A program made the position numbers and the translations under genes. From Octopus sinensis (taxonomy: Eukaryota), in the NCBI RefSeq assembly GCF_006345805.1, contig NC_042998.1:68944001-69008000 (forward strand): 64,000 nt of DNA, in the 5' to 3' direction. Below are positions 1 to 12,954 of this stretch, piece by piece. The first letter of the stretch is position 1; the number at the start of each line of letters is the position of its first letter. The notes under the pieces are model-generated. The model saw only the letters and a program-made list of their open reading frames with translations. It was not told the origin of the DNA and did no database searches.

Positions 1-317
1 CAAAGCACATCCGTAATTTTCATTTTCGTCCAACCCGGACAGGATGACGTTACTTCACAGCAACTGATGTTTCTCCACGTAGCTAGCAACATCTGTGTGT
101 TTCCTGGGAATTTTCCAAGTGCTTTCTGGAATTTTCCATTTGTATCACCTCTCTATGTTTCAGATAAAGAATTATCAGCTGTTATGATTTATAGCAGAGG
201 CACAATGTCAAAGCTGTTGGTGAAGAGTAGAGCCAGTCCTATCAACTCCACTCTTTGACTAACTAGGATTTATATTACAGACATTGGAAAGATGACTGCG
301 TGTGTGTGTGTGTGTGA

Positions 318-622
318 CTTCTAGGATTTCGGAAACTCTCCATCCGATTGCGCTCAAATTTGATTTGTAGATACCAACGGTATCAGGGCGTGTATAAGTC
401 TTGAAAAAATTACAAAAATCGATTCCAGGTGGGAACGCGATCGATAAAGCAGTGGGAAATCATTTTTCTTAGGAAAATCGTTTTGCTGGTGTCTCAAATT
501 TAGGTTAAATCAGTTGTTTCTCAAAGGGGAGGCCTATGGGACGGTCGGACAAGTTGTTTTGATAAAATTTGGTTTAAATGTTTGACCACTAAGTACCGTC
601 CATTGGACGGTGGGGCGTTTTA

Positions 623-627
<5 letters not shown>
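318..627 (+). mobile_element. Helitron/DINE-like non-autonomous remnant
   Basis: 3' hairpin accgtccattggacggt followed by a CTAG-like end (ctcgt), between (TG)n tracts. Confidence 0.4.
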
Positions 628-662
<35 letters not shown>

Positions 663-947
663 CAGGGTACAATGGGAAAAGTGTCACTATTTTATATTTT
701 TATTTCGAGCATGTACTGAGAAGAGCATTATCGCTGTGAAAACAACATCCATTCATGAATTTATTTATTTATTTTTTTTTTTAAATACATATTTTACCTG
801 TGAATTTGCGTGTGTAATCTGAGAATGCATACAATGAGCTTCTCTGGCCTAGGTGTACGGAAAACACTCGGCCAGAAATGGAAGAAAATTTGAAGAAAGA
901 AGGAAAAAAAACAATATGAATAATAATAACATCGAAAAATACCCCAA

Positions 948-993
948 GACACCTAATGAAGGCTGGAGGGTATATCAGCCAAAAGGTTGTGTT
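948..993 (+). ncRNA. Degenerate family A hammerhead (CTAATGA, AAAAG)
   Basis: Same stems and flanks as the copies at 26724 and 56417, with core substitutions. Confidence 0.5.
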
Positions 994-1246
994 AACAACA
1001 AACAAGATGAGGACAAATATCTGTCGAATGTAAATAATATATATCAAGTAATGATGTATATATATAATCAAATTCGATGACAGCACCGCATGACTGGCAT
1101 CTGTGCTAGTGGAGCGCTAAGAGCACCATCCAAGCGTGATCGTTGGCAAGGCCGCTGACTAGTTCCCATGCCGGTGGCATGTAAAAAGCATCATTCGAGC
1201 ATGATCGTTACCAGCGTCGCCTTACTAGCACTTGTGTGAGGGCGCG

Positions 1247-1565
1247 TGGCTTAGTGGTTAGGGCATTCGGCTCATGATCGTAAGGTTGTGAGTTCGATTC
1301 CCGGCGACGCGTTGTGTCCTTGAGCAAGACACTTTATTTCACGTTGCTCCAGTCCACTCAGCTGGCAAAAATGAGTTGTACTTGTATTTCAAAGGGTCAG
1401 CCTTGTCACTCTCTGTGTCACGCTGATTATCCCGAGAACTACGTTAAGGGTACACGTGTCTGTGGAATGCTCAGCCATTTGCACGTTAATTTCACGAGCA
1501 AGCTGTTCCGTTGATCGTATCAGCTGGGACCCTCGTCGTCGTAACCGGCGGAGTCTTTTTTTTTT
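1247..1565 (+). mobile_element. tRNA-derived SINE (family S4) nested in an RTE-tail element
   Basis: A and B boxes, gtgtccttgagcaagacactt core, poly-T end; second copy at about 61226-61505. Confidence 0.8.
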
Positions 1566-2018
1566 TAACTGTCACTTGTGCCGGTGGTACGTGAAAAACA
1601 ACATTCGAGCGAGGGCGTTGCCAGTGCCGCTGGACTGGCTCCTGTGCAAATGACATGTAAAACACCATTTGCCAGTACCGTCTGACTGGCCCTCGTGCCT
1701 GTGACACGTAAAAGCACCACTACACTCTCGGAGCGGTTGGCTGTAGAAACTTTACCAAATCAGATTAGAGCCTGGTGTAGCCTTCTGGCTTTCCAAGTCC
1801 TCAGTCAAACTGTCCAACTCATGCCAGTATGGAATGTGGACGTTAAACGATGATGATGATGATATGGGTCTTTCACACTTTAACCCTCACCTGCTAACAT
1901 AAAGCTCCTCCCATCAGGTCCTGGGGTCAATTTCTTCAACTAAGGCGGCGCTCGAGCATGACCGCTCTGAAACAACTGAAAGGAATGAAAGAATGTAAGA
2001 ACATGTGTGTGCATGAAA

Positions 2019-2050
<32 letters not shown>

Positions 2051-2574
2051 TCAAGTGTGTAAATATATACATTCTTTAGTTGTGCTGGTGGCACATAAAA
2101 AGCACCCCTTACACTCTGTAAAGTGGTTGGTGCTAGGAAGAACGTCCAGCCATAGAAACAATATTAGAGTCTGGGCAGCTCCCTGGCATTACCAGCTCCT
2201 GTCAAACCATCCAACCCATACCAACATGAAAAACAGATGTATGATGTATGATGATGATGATGTATGATGAAGATGGTGGTACATTCATTCAAGCTTTTTG
2301 TGTCATCAATTTTCACAATCCTTTCTGCAGATGTTAAGCTGTTTCCTTAGGAAATACATTTAATTCTATTGATGTCATTCTGTTTTCTTGTAAATAAAAC
2401 TAATAACTTCCTTCCTACGGAAGGAAATGGGGAAATCCTTCAACTTAAAGAACAATCCACGTTGCTTTGATGGTGGTGGTGGTGGCGTCGGCGTCGGCAG
2501 TGGTGGTGGTGGCATCGGCGTCGGCAGTGGTGGTGGTGGTGGCGGCAGCGGCGGCGGCAGTAGTGCTTTATCTA

Positions 2575-3625
2575 CTAGGGGATAGCTGGTCTCTCTACTG
2601 GGTCAACATTTGGCAGGCTCTCCTCCTCCCATTCATTCTCCACATTCAGCAGTCTTTCATAATGGCTTCTCCAAGCCTCTTTCTTTTCAGAAACATTAAA
2701 AGTAAGTGCACCATCATCCATGCGGACACATTTCTCTCCTGTGACATCACAATTTTCTCTCACACACTGTCTAGCAATCCGAAATACCTGTTCTTTGGTC
2801 CTCATGTCACTGGACATTGGCAAACTTCTTCTTTTCCACTTCACTCTTGGCTATGTATACCTGCCACCCAGCCTCCCTTTTGACTACCTGGTACAGTTCC
2901 CTGCTACCCACATCCTTCCAGGCTTTCCAGACCTGTTTCTTTGCTCTAATGGCTTTGTCTGCCATACTATTCCACCACCACGTAACTCTAAGTCTGGAAG
3001 GGACTTTGCACCATCCACAGACTTGGTCTGTGGCACACAGCAAGCTGTCCCGTAGGAATTTCCAGCTACCTTCTATGTCCGATGTCTGTAGCTCCTCCTC
3101 CCTCTCATCAAATTTCTTGATGAGGATGTCCCTAAATCTCTGACAATGTGAAGGGTTCTTTAGCTTCCAAATCCTTCTTTCCTGGATTGATCTGCTTCTT
3201 GATATCATTCTGACCTCAAGCCTAAAGTCACTAATGACTAGCCTATGCTGGTGGGTACATTCTTCACCCAGGTGAGAATGAAATCAATCTCGCTAGCAGA
3301 GTCCCCTGATTGATAGGCTATAAGGTGGCTGTTTGGCTTCCTGAAGTTAGTGTTGCAGATTAAAAGGTTGCATGCATCACAGAACTCCAGTAGCCTAGTT
3401 CCCTCATCGTCTCGGGTGCCAGTACCATGGCTACCATGTATCCCAGTGAAGATATCAGATACCCGCCCAACATGCCCATTAAAACTCCAGCCACAAAGAT
3501 GAGGTCATTGCCACTCGTCTTTGAGGTGGCCTGTAGAAGAGTATCATAAAAGTGGTCCGTCTGATCATTTGGTAGACCCGCATGTGGGGTGTAGGCAGAG
3601 ATAATTATAGCTGTGCTTTCAGTTT
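2575..3625 (-). mobile_element. RTE-clade LINE fragment (APE endonuclease C-terminal half and linker), decayed
   Basis: IISAYTPH motif at the 3625 end; WKLK...CQRFR, TWWWN, EAWRSHYERLLNVEN in ORFs 2807-3208 and 2575-2844. Confidence 0.88.
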
Positions 3626-3882
3626 ATATATATATATATATCTATATATATATGTATGTATAGGTATAATATATATATATATATAATATTATATATAGAT
3701 ATATATATTATATATATATATAATTTGTTATATATATATCATATAATTAATTAATAAGGGTGAGAGAATTAGATACTAATTTAATAGTATATCTATTCTA
3801 CACCAAGTGGCCCTATGCTCCGAGAAACCTGGATTATTATAATATTTTATAATATATTATAATATTTTTACAAAAATAATAT

Positions 3883-4230
3883 GAGGTGGTCACTATATGG
3901 CTCACTCTAGCACCATTAATCCAAAAGGTTTCAACCACAAAAATACAGTTTTTCCCATGAAAGTCAGTACGATTGTTAGCTCACACGGACAGGGCAAATA
4001 AAAAATAACAAAAAATACAGATTATTTTGGGACATATTATACATTACAATTATACATTTAATTCATTAATAGCGAAACAAATTGTCCACAAATAATCTGT
4101 ATTTTTGTTATTTTTTATTTGCCCTGTCCGTGTGAGCTAACAATCGTCTGACTTTCATGGGAAACATGTAGTTTTGTGGTTGAAACCTTTGGATTAACTG
4201 GTGCTAGAGTGAGCCATATAGTGACCACTC
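3883..4230 (+). mobile_element. Foldback element, ~150-bp arms with a 50-bp spacer ending in a half-hammerhead motif
   Basis: 3883-4033 and 4084-4230 are imperfect inverted repeats; GAAACAAATTGTC at 4074-4086. Confidence 0.55.
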
Positions 4231-4293
4231 TCTATATTTATTTATATTATATATATACATAACATATATCTATTATATATATAATATATATAT

Positions 4294-4327
<34 letters not shown>

Positions 4328-4391
4328 TAATTGTGTATATATATAGTATATTATATATATACATGTATATATATATATATATATATATGTA

Positions 4392-4830
4392 TACTACAAA
4401 TTAGAGAATGGAGAAACATACTTAAATCAATAAAACATCAACTATCCGATGATACCCAATCATACTTTAATACACCATTACATATGAGTAAAGGCATTAT
4501 ATAAAATGAGATATACGAATAGTAAAAAGATAAAGAGATATAAGTAAAAATTTTTCAAATATAATATGCAATTAAATCAAAACTGACCAGCTGTTTCGGC
4601 AGTGAGGGCAGTCCATACCTCATTTAAACCTCTTAGCCATAAAGGCAGGTATAAATGAGGCATTAACAAGATGCCCCACGGCCTCTTCAGAGAATTACTA
4701 TTACTGTATATCTCATTTATATAATGCCTTTACTCATATGTAATGGTGTGATTAAAGTATTGATTGGGTATCATCGGATAGTTGATGTTTTATGATTAAG
4801 TATGTTTCTCCATTCTCTAATTTTGTAGTA
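4392..4830 (-). mobile_element. Penelope-like non-autonomous remnant: ~135-bp inverted arms around a hammerhead, next to (TA)n
   Basis: 4392-4523 and 4696-4830 are reverse complements; partial third copy at about 5763-5825. Confidence 0.62.
4579..4696 (-). ncRNA. Type I hammerhead ribozyme with an 86-nt branched stem II
   Basis: Minus strand: aattct-CTGAAGA-ggc...gcc-GAAAC-agctg-GTC-agtttt; core intact, palindromic CAGCTG in stem III, stem I weak (2 bp plus mismatches). Confidence 0.62.
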
Positions 4831-4989
4831 TTAATTTACGGTAATATTATTACCTTTACCCATATATACAATAGATGAACTGATTGTTTGACAATTTTTA
4901 ACATCTATGTATTATCTTGTTGGGTACCTATCTCGGCAGTATATTGGATATATATTATCCCATGGTGGGTTGAATTTTTCAACCCCTAT

Positions 4990-5045
4990 CTCATTTTATA
5001 ACCTATATATATGTATATATATATATATGTAGTATATATATCATG

Positions 5046-5084
<39 letters not shown>

Positions 5085-5165
5085 GTATGTGTATATATAT
5101 AGTGTATATCTATATATATATATATGTATGTATATATATATATATGTGTATATATAATATATATG

Positions 5166-5196
<31 letters not shown>

Positions 5197-6033
5197 GTAT
5201 ATATATATATGTATATATATATATATGGTATATATATATATATATATTATATGTAGTATATATATATGTATATATATTATTATATATATCTATATATATA
5301 TATATATTAATATATATATATTATATTTAGTATATATATATGTTATATATATATATATATATATATCTATATATTATATATATATATAATATATATATAT
5401 TATTTTTTATTTTATGATTATTATTAATATTAATAGTAATTTTTATTAACTTTCATAGCTTTAGAATTTTATGAACTGAACCATGGTTTTAATTATTATT
5501 TTTCATCTCCCTATGTGTTAGTTTTTTTAAAAAAACTATTAGCCAATATGTATAATATCGGTACTTATTAATATTAGTATATACACTGATATATATTTTG
5601 TTTTATTTTGTTCTGTTTACCTTCCTTTATTGTACCAATAAGTATTATATTATATAAGTGTAGCATTATGATGTATAAGTTTTTATATTTTTTATATTTT
5701 ACATTTTTATATTTTTATATTTATATGTATATGGTTATATTATATTTTCACAATTATAACAAATTGGGTATCATCGGCTAGTTGATGTTTATTGATTGAA
5801 GTATGTTTCTCATTCTCATTTTGTAATAATATATGTATATATATGTATATATATATATATAATGTATCATCATCATCATCATCCTCATTTAACGTCCGCT
5901 TTCCATGCTAGCATGGGTTGGACGGTTCAACTGGAGTCTGGGGAGCCCGAAGGCTGCACCAGGCCAGTCATATATATATGTGTATATATATATATATATG
6001 TAATATATATATATATATATGTGTTATATATGG

Positions 6034-6064
<31 letters not shown>

Positions 6065-6085
6065 GTATATATATATATGTATGTA

Positions 6086-6122
<37 letters not shown>

Positions 6123-6184
6123 GTATTATATATATATATAGATATATATATTATAGTATATATATATAATATATATATATATAT

Positions 6185-6215
<31 letters not shown>
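4990..6215. repeat. Degenerate (TA)n-rich field
   Basis: Direct reading. Confidence 0.9.
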
Positions 6216-6226
<11 letters not shown>

Positions 6227-6599
6227 AGTGCAGGTGTGGGTGAGTGGTAACAAGCTTGCCTCCAACCACATGGTTCCGAGTTCAGTCCCACTGCATGGCA
6301 CCTTGGGCAAGTGCCTTCTGCTACAGCCTCCAGCTGACCAAAGCCTTGTGAGTGGATTTGGTAGACAGAAACTGAAAGAGGCCCGTCATATATATGTGTA
6401 TCTGTGTGTGTGACAACCAATATTAGTGTGTTTATGTCCCCGAAACTTTGCGGTTCAGCAAAAGAGATCCAATAGAATAAGTACTGGGCTTACAAAGGAT
6501 AAATTCCAGGATCGATTTGTTCAACTAAAGCAGTGCTCCAGCATGTCCACAGTCAAATAACTGAAACAAGTAAAAGAGAGAAAAGAATATTACTCACAC

Positions 6600-6912
6600 C
6601 AGTGGCAGACTGGGTCTAAAAATATTGGTTGCCAGGAGACTAAGGGGGCCCACCTGCAACTACAAGTGGGATGGGGCTACCAACAACTACAATGCTATCA
6701 TTTGGATTTTTTTTTTTTTTTTGTTAAAAGTATTCTTTTCAATTGTCTACAAACACAGCCAGGCTGAAATAATTAATACATTTTTCCAGGAGTTAATAAA
6801 AAATTCTCAAACTTGAGGGGATGGGTCCCAAGATACTAACATGGGCCCCTATATATAGATTCTAATGGCACAGAGGCCCACTTGCCATTGAGCAAGCTGG
6901 CAACTGCCACTG
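6600..6912. mobile_element. hAT-type MITE
   Basis: TIR cagtggcag / ctgccactg; 8-bp TSD actcacac / actaacac. Confidence 0.7.
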
Positions 6913-7543
6913 ACTAACACACACATACCTCTACACAGCTGGTACAACCTAAGCTTTCTCACATGACCAGGATTCACACACAAACAATAGAAGCATTAAA
7001 CACCACCACCAGCACAACAGCCGTCACCATCACAGCTGCCACCACCACTACCGCCATCTTCACCACCACCAGACATGTATTACTTCAATACTATTAAAGT
7101 GATCTTGAAAAGATTGTAGTAACCTGACTGTGTCAAGGTTGACTCATTGAACATATAATTTGGTGTGAGTTAATATTAATTACAAGCAAGTCTCTATTCT
7201 GTATAGGGAAGCCACTGAGACAAAACCAAGCTTGTTTGGTTTTGTAATCTCTGAAGATCTCACATACACATGCACAAACAAGCAAACAAATTAACACACT
7301 GACACATATATGTCCCAGTTGGAGACTAGCAGTGTAAATGTCACTATTTTGAGAAGCCTATAGTCATGGTATGCACAAGAGACCAAGGAAAACAGATGTT
7401 GAGTGATGATGATGATGATGATGATGATGATGGTGATGGTGGTGGTGGTGGTGGTGATGGTGGTGGTGGTGGTGGTGGTGGTGATTAGATAGCTAGATAG
7501 GTAGATAGATAGACAGAGAAAGCTAGATAGATAGATAGCTAAG

Positions 7544-7605
<62 letters not shown>

Positions 7606-8194
7606 TGTTTCTTTATTAGCCACACAGGGCTGAACACAGAGGGGACAAATTACAAAGTAGAGTTTTTCTGTTTGGGGAGGTAAAAAAAAAGGTGGGGGTA
7701 GGTTTTCGATCAAAAGGGATTGTAGGGAAAAAAATGATCAATAGGGATCGTGTATCACAGAAATGTCATGATGTAAAGTGTAAAGGGGGAAACAGATAAG
7801 GTTTATCCGTGGAAAGAAAAGCCTATGGAAAAGACCACAGTTACCTCGGTCAATAATGTCACATGTTAGCACATTTATTTGCAAGTGAGTAACTCTGTTT
7901 TAAATATTTTGGGTTCATAGGATTATGCCCAAGGTGGCTTCGTCATCCATACGTGCCATCCTTGCTACATTCGCCTATCCTTTTTTGAAACATTCGCTAG
8001 AGAAAACTTGCCTCTCTACTCTCACTTTCCTTTTCAAGTGACACTTGAAGAAGTTGATGAGAGATTGAACAGAGGGGAAAGTGTTTGTCTCTAATTCTTT
8101 TAGATGTGTCCACCAGATACATTCTTTCGCCATAGCCACAAGTATGATGAAAATAGCTCTTCCTTCACATTTGAAGGAAGAAGGCGTGATGATA

Positions 8195-8409
8195 TTGATG
8201 ATAGACTCAGATAGATAGACAGATAGATAGATAGATCGATAGATAGATAGATAGATAGATAAATGAATAGACAGACAGACATAGCTAGATAGATAGATAG
8301 CTAAGTAGATAGACAGATAGCTAGCTCACTAGATACACAGACAGAGAGAGAGAGAGTGCTAAAAACAGACAGAGAGTCAGACAGACAGACAGATAGACAG
8401 ACAGACAGG

Positions 8410-8449
<40 letters not shown>

Positions 8450-8561
8450 CAGACAGATAAATAGATAGATAGATAGACAGGACATAGCTAGATAGACATG
8501 ATAAGTAGATAGACTGATAGCCAGCTAGCTAGATAGACAGACAGATAGACAGACAGACAGG

Positions 8562-8605
<44 letters not shown>

Positions 8606-8745
8606 CAGACAGATAAATAGATAGATAGATAGACAGACATAGCTAGATAGACAGATAAGTAGATAGACTGATAGCCAGCTAGCTAGATAGACAGATAGAT
8701 AGACAAAAACAGACTGAGAGACAGACAGATAGATAGATAGGATAG
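8195..8745. repeat. (GATA)n/(GACA)n with an internal ~140-bp higher-order duplication
   Basis: Direct reading; other GATA tracts at 7485-7605 and 12352-12541. Confidence 0.92.
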
Positions 8746-10404
8746 ACTTCTTTCAGTTTCCATCCACCAAATCCACTCGCGATGTTTTGGTCAACTTGGT
8801 CCAATAGTAAAAGACATTTGCCCTAGGTGCTATGCAGTGAGATTGAACCTGAGACCAACTTGAACAGTTTTAGTCAAACAAACCAATCCCGGTAGTTATT
8901 TTTTTTTTCAAGACTGGTACTTATCTCATCATTCTCTTTTTGCCAAACTGCTAAGTTCCCAAAACTAACACACCGACACCAATTGTCAACACACACTCAC
9001 ACACACACGCACAACAGGCTTCTTTCAGTTTCCATTTACCAAATCCACTCACAAAGCTTCAGTTGGACCATGGCTACAATAGAAGACACTTGCCCAAAGT
9101 GCCACACTGTGGGACTGAACCCGGAACCATGTGGTTTGGAGGCAAGCTTCTTGTTACACAGCCACACCTGCACCTATGAATGCCATTTCTTATTTCTTTA
9201 TTGCCCACAAGGGGCTAAACATAGAGGAGACAAACAAGGACAGACAAAGGGATTAAGTTGATTACATTGACCCCAGTGTGTAACTGGTACTTAATTTATC
9301 GACCCCGAAAGGATGAAAGGCAAAGTCGACCTCAGCGAAATTTGAACTCAGAACGCAATGGCAGACGAAATACCGCTAAGCATTTCACCAGGCATGCTAA
9401 CGATTCTGCCAGCTGGCCGCCTTCTATGAATACCTATGACTTACCTATACTTACCTATACCTACCTATATATACCTACACTTACCTATGACTTGTTTGTT
9501 AGTGCATTGTCAAAGATAGCTATATCAATATTTATGTATATTTATTGGATGACTCATTCATGATCACGCGACTTCATTGTTGAGGATGGCATTAGTCAAC
9601 ATTTATGTAGAGGAATGGTCATGTGGTAACAAGTTTGCTACCCAACTACATGGTTTTGGGTTCGGTTCTACTGAATGGAACTTTGTCTTCTACTATAGTC
9701 CTGGACTGATCAAAGCCTTGTGAGTGAATTTGATAAATAGAAACTGAAAGAAGCCAGCCAAATTATCATATATATATATATATACACTAGCGTAGCTAGA
9801 GTGTGTGTACCACCTGGAACAGCCCTTCTGCTTGTTGCCGCTGGACCCCACAATGAACACATATTGCCTACAGCAGACCCAAAAGTGCCACCCTATTAAA
9901 AGTGACCCCCTAGCTATGCTAGAACACACACGCACACACACATGCACACACACACGCACACACACTCACACACATATATACATGGTCTGATCAATAAGTA
10001 TCCAGTGTGCTTGAGGAAACCTATTGAGTCAAGTACATCAACATCAAAATAACAATCAAATGGAAATTGTAGTTGTGATACCCATGGCAGTGGCACGTAA
10101 AAAGCACCATCCGAACGTGGCTGATGCCAGTCCCGCATTGGCCGGCTTCTGTGCCGGTGGCACATAAAAAGCACCAAACGATCGTGGCCGTTGCTATCCT
10201 CCTCTGGCCCCTGTGCCGGTGGCACGTAAAAAGCACCCACTACACTCATGGAGTGGTTGGCGTTAGGAAGGGCATCAAGCTGTAGAAACACTGCCAGATC
10301 ATTCTGTAGCCTGGTGCAGCTTCCTGGTTTCCCAGATCCCTGTTGAACTATCCAACCCATGGAAAATGGACGTTAAACGATGATGATGATGATGATGATG
10401 ATGA

Positions 10405-10560
10405 CTGTTGCTATAGTAACGAAGCTAAAGCATGGAGAGTGAAACTGCTTAGCACAGATTGACCTTGGACACTGCTGCACATGTACACTAAGTTTTAACA
10501 TTCTAGCTCACTTCTACTGTTTACAACAGTGCTTGGAAGGAAGGTGTGTAGCGGTGTACA
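10405..10560 (+). mobile_element. Solo end of the same mariner family
   Basis: gcacagattgaccttg...cttggaaggaaggtgtgtagc shared with copies A and B. Confidence 0.7.
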
Positions 10561-10689
10561 CTCTGGCTATGCTAGTGTTTATATATGATAATTTGGAGTG
10601 CTTCTTTCAGTTTAGTTAATATTTATGTACAGGAATGGTTATGTGGTAACAAGTCTGCTACCCAACCACATGGTTTGTAGCTTGGAAGG

Positions 10690-12355
10690 AAGGTGAGGGT
10701 TGGCAATGAGTACAATGAAGAATTCAAGGTACAAGTAGGGGTTCACCAAGGATCAGTGCTCAGCTCCCTCTTGTACATCATAGTTCTCCAAGCAATAACA
10801 GAGGAATTTTAGGCAGGCTACCCCTGGGAGCTCCTCTGTACTAATGACCTTGCTCTTGTAGCTGAATCACTACAAAGAACTAGAGAAGAATTTCCAGGTA
10901 TGAAAGCAAGGTATAGAATTGAATGGCCTTAGAGTTAACTTAGCAAAAACCAAAGTCTTAGTAATTAGGAAGGCAGACAAATCACAAATCCCTTCAGGTA
11001 GATGGCCCTGCTTGATCCATAGAAAAGGTGTAGGTAGAAACTTCATAAGATGTACTCAGTGCAAGCTTTCGACATAAAGCTTTCAGAGGAAGGTTAACAA
11101 GGAAACTAGCTTTTGTATGTGGAAGATGCACAGGTACAATAAACGCTGAAAATGTGCAGAAAATAGACTCCATCAACTGCCAGTAGGGCAAGCTAGAGGT
11201 AATAGATAGCTTCCATTATCTAAATGACCAAGTTAGAAGTGGAGGTGGATCATCGGAGAGTGTAGCTGTGAGAATAAAATTAGGCTGGGTAAAGTTCAGA
11301 GAGCCCCTACCTATATTGGCAACAAAAGATCTCTCTCTCTCAGAATGAAAAACAGATTGTATGATGCCTGTGTGTGAACAGCCATGCTACATGGACTGTG
11401 ACAGCTGAGGACATGCCTAGGCTTGAATGAAAAGAAGCCAGTATGCTTCACTGGATGTGCAATGTCAGTGTGCATGTTCAACAGTGTGTAAGCATCTTGA
11501 GATAAGATGCATAAGAGGCATTAGATGTGATGTGCAAGAGAGACAACTGTGCTGGTATGGTCATGTGATGCACATGGACGGGGACAGCTATGTAAAGAAG
11601 TGCCAATCTTTGACTGTGGATGGAACCTGTGGTAGAGGTAGACCCAGGAAGACATGGGACAAAGTGGTGAAGCATGATCGTCAAACTTTGAGCCTCACAG
11701 AGGCAATGACTAGCGACCAAGATCTTTGGTGATATGTTGTGCTTTAGATGACCCGTCAAGCCAAGTGGTGGCTGGTACTGGTGTCATGTAACTGGCACCC
11801 ATGCCAGTGGCACGTAAAGAGCAGCATTCAAGTGTTGAGCCTCATGGAGGCAAAGTGGCTGAGTTCCTTTCAAGCATAGGACCTCACAGAGGCAAAGTGG
11901 CTGAGTACTGTATGAAGGTTGTGCCTCACAGAAGCAAAGTGGCTGAATTCTGTATGAGCATTGTGCCTCACAGAGGCAAAGTGGCTGAGTTCCTTTCAAG
12001 CATTGGGCTGCACAGAAGCAAAGTGACTGAGCTCCTTTTGAGTTTTGGGCCTCAAAAGAGGCAATGACCAAGATCTTTGGCATTATGCTGTGCTTGAGAA
12101 GAAAACCCATCAAGCTGAGCAAAATTGCAGTTGTGGCAGATACCGGTGTCACACAAATGGCAGCCGTGCTGGTGGCACGTAAAAGCTCTTGTTACACTCT
12201 CAGAGTGGTTGGTGTTAGGAAGGCCATCCAGCTGTAGAAAACCATGCCAAATCAAACTGGAACTTGGTGCAGCCTTCAAGCATACCAGTTCTGGTCAAAC
12301 TGTCCAACACATGCCAGCATGGACAATGGATGTGTTAAATGATGATGATGATAAA
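10690..12355 (+). mobile_element. 5'-truncated RTE LINE (RT C-terminal part, ORF2 tail, 3' UTR with (GAT)n end)
   Basis: GVHQGSVLS, WYGHVMHM, GRGRPRKTW motifs; terminates gatgatgatgat. Confidence 0.9.
11835..12065 (+). repeat. ~41-bp tandem array in the RTE 3' UTR
   Basis: Five to six copies of gcctcacagaggcaaagtggctgag plus a semi-variable linker. Confidence 0.85.
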
Positions 12356-12371
12356 TAGACAGACAGACAGC

Positions 12372-12541
<170 letters not shown>

Positions 12542-12954
12542 CGACAGGTTTCTTCCAGTTTACCATCCCAGATGTGTAAAATACTTTTATGTGGTTTACA
12601 AATGATCACAACTGAAGTATTTTCTGGCTGTGAGGAGCAAGCCTAGTTTTTGGATTAAAGCAAGATTATCAAACATGTGACCCCTTGGCTTATTTTTATG
12701 AAAAAAGAATAATTGGGCTGTCAGATAAATTCCATTTTTTTTTTTTTTCATGTATTCTAATCCTCTCCAATGTTATTTGAAATAACACGAAAAAAATTTT
12801 TTTTTAATGTTTTTTTTTCAGCTCTATTTTCCCTCCACAACTTCTGTGTATTGTTTTTGAAATTTGAATAAACTTTACTTCTTTTTAAATATACAAAACG
12901 ATGGAATGTCAAATAAAAGAAAAAAAACCAAGCAAATTTATTTATTTACCTCAC

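Noticed and set aside
1247-1320. Functional tRNA gene (also 26529-26595 and 61226-61295)
   Set aside because: A and B boxes are present but T-arm and acceptor stems do not pair, and the sequence continues into SINE bodies
7251-7260. Other CTGANGA heptamers (7255, 14342, 14457, 20607, 53275, 56100 minus)
   Set aside because: No downstream stem II plus GAAA plus UH arrangement; several lie in mariner or RT coding sequence
11835-12065. CRISPR-like repeat-spacer array
   Set aside because: Eukaryotic LINE 3' UTR; spacers are short and related to each other; no cas genes or leader
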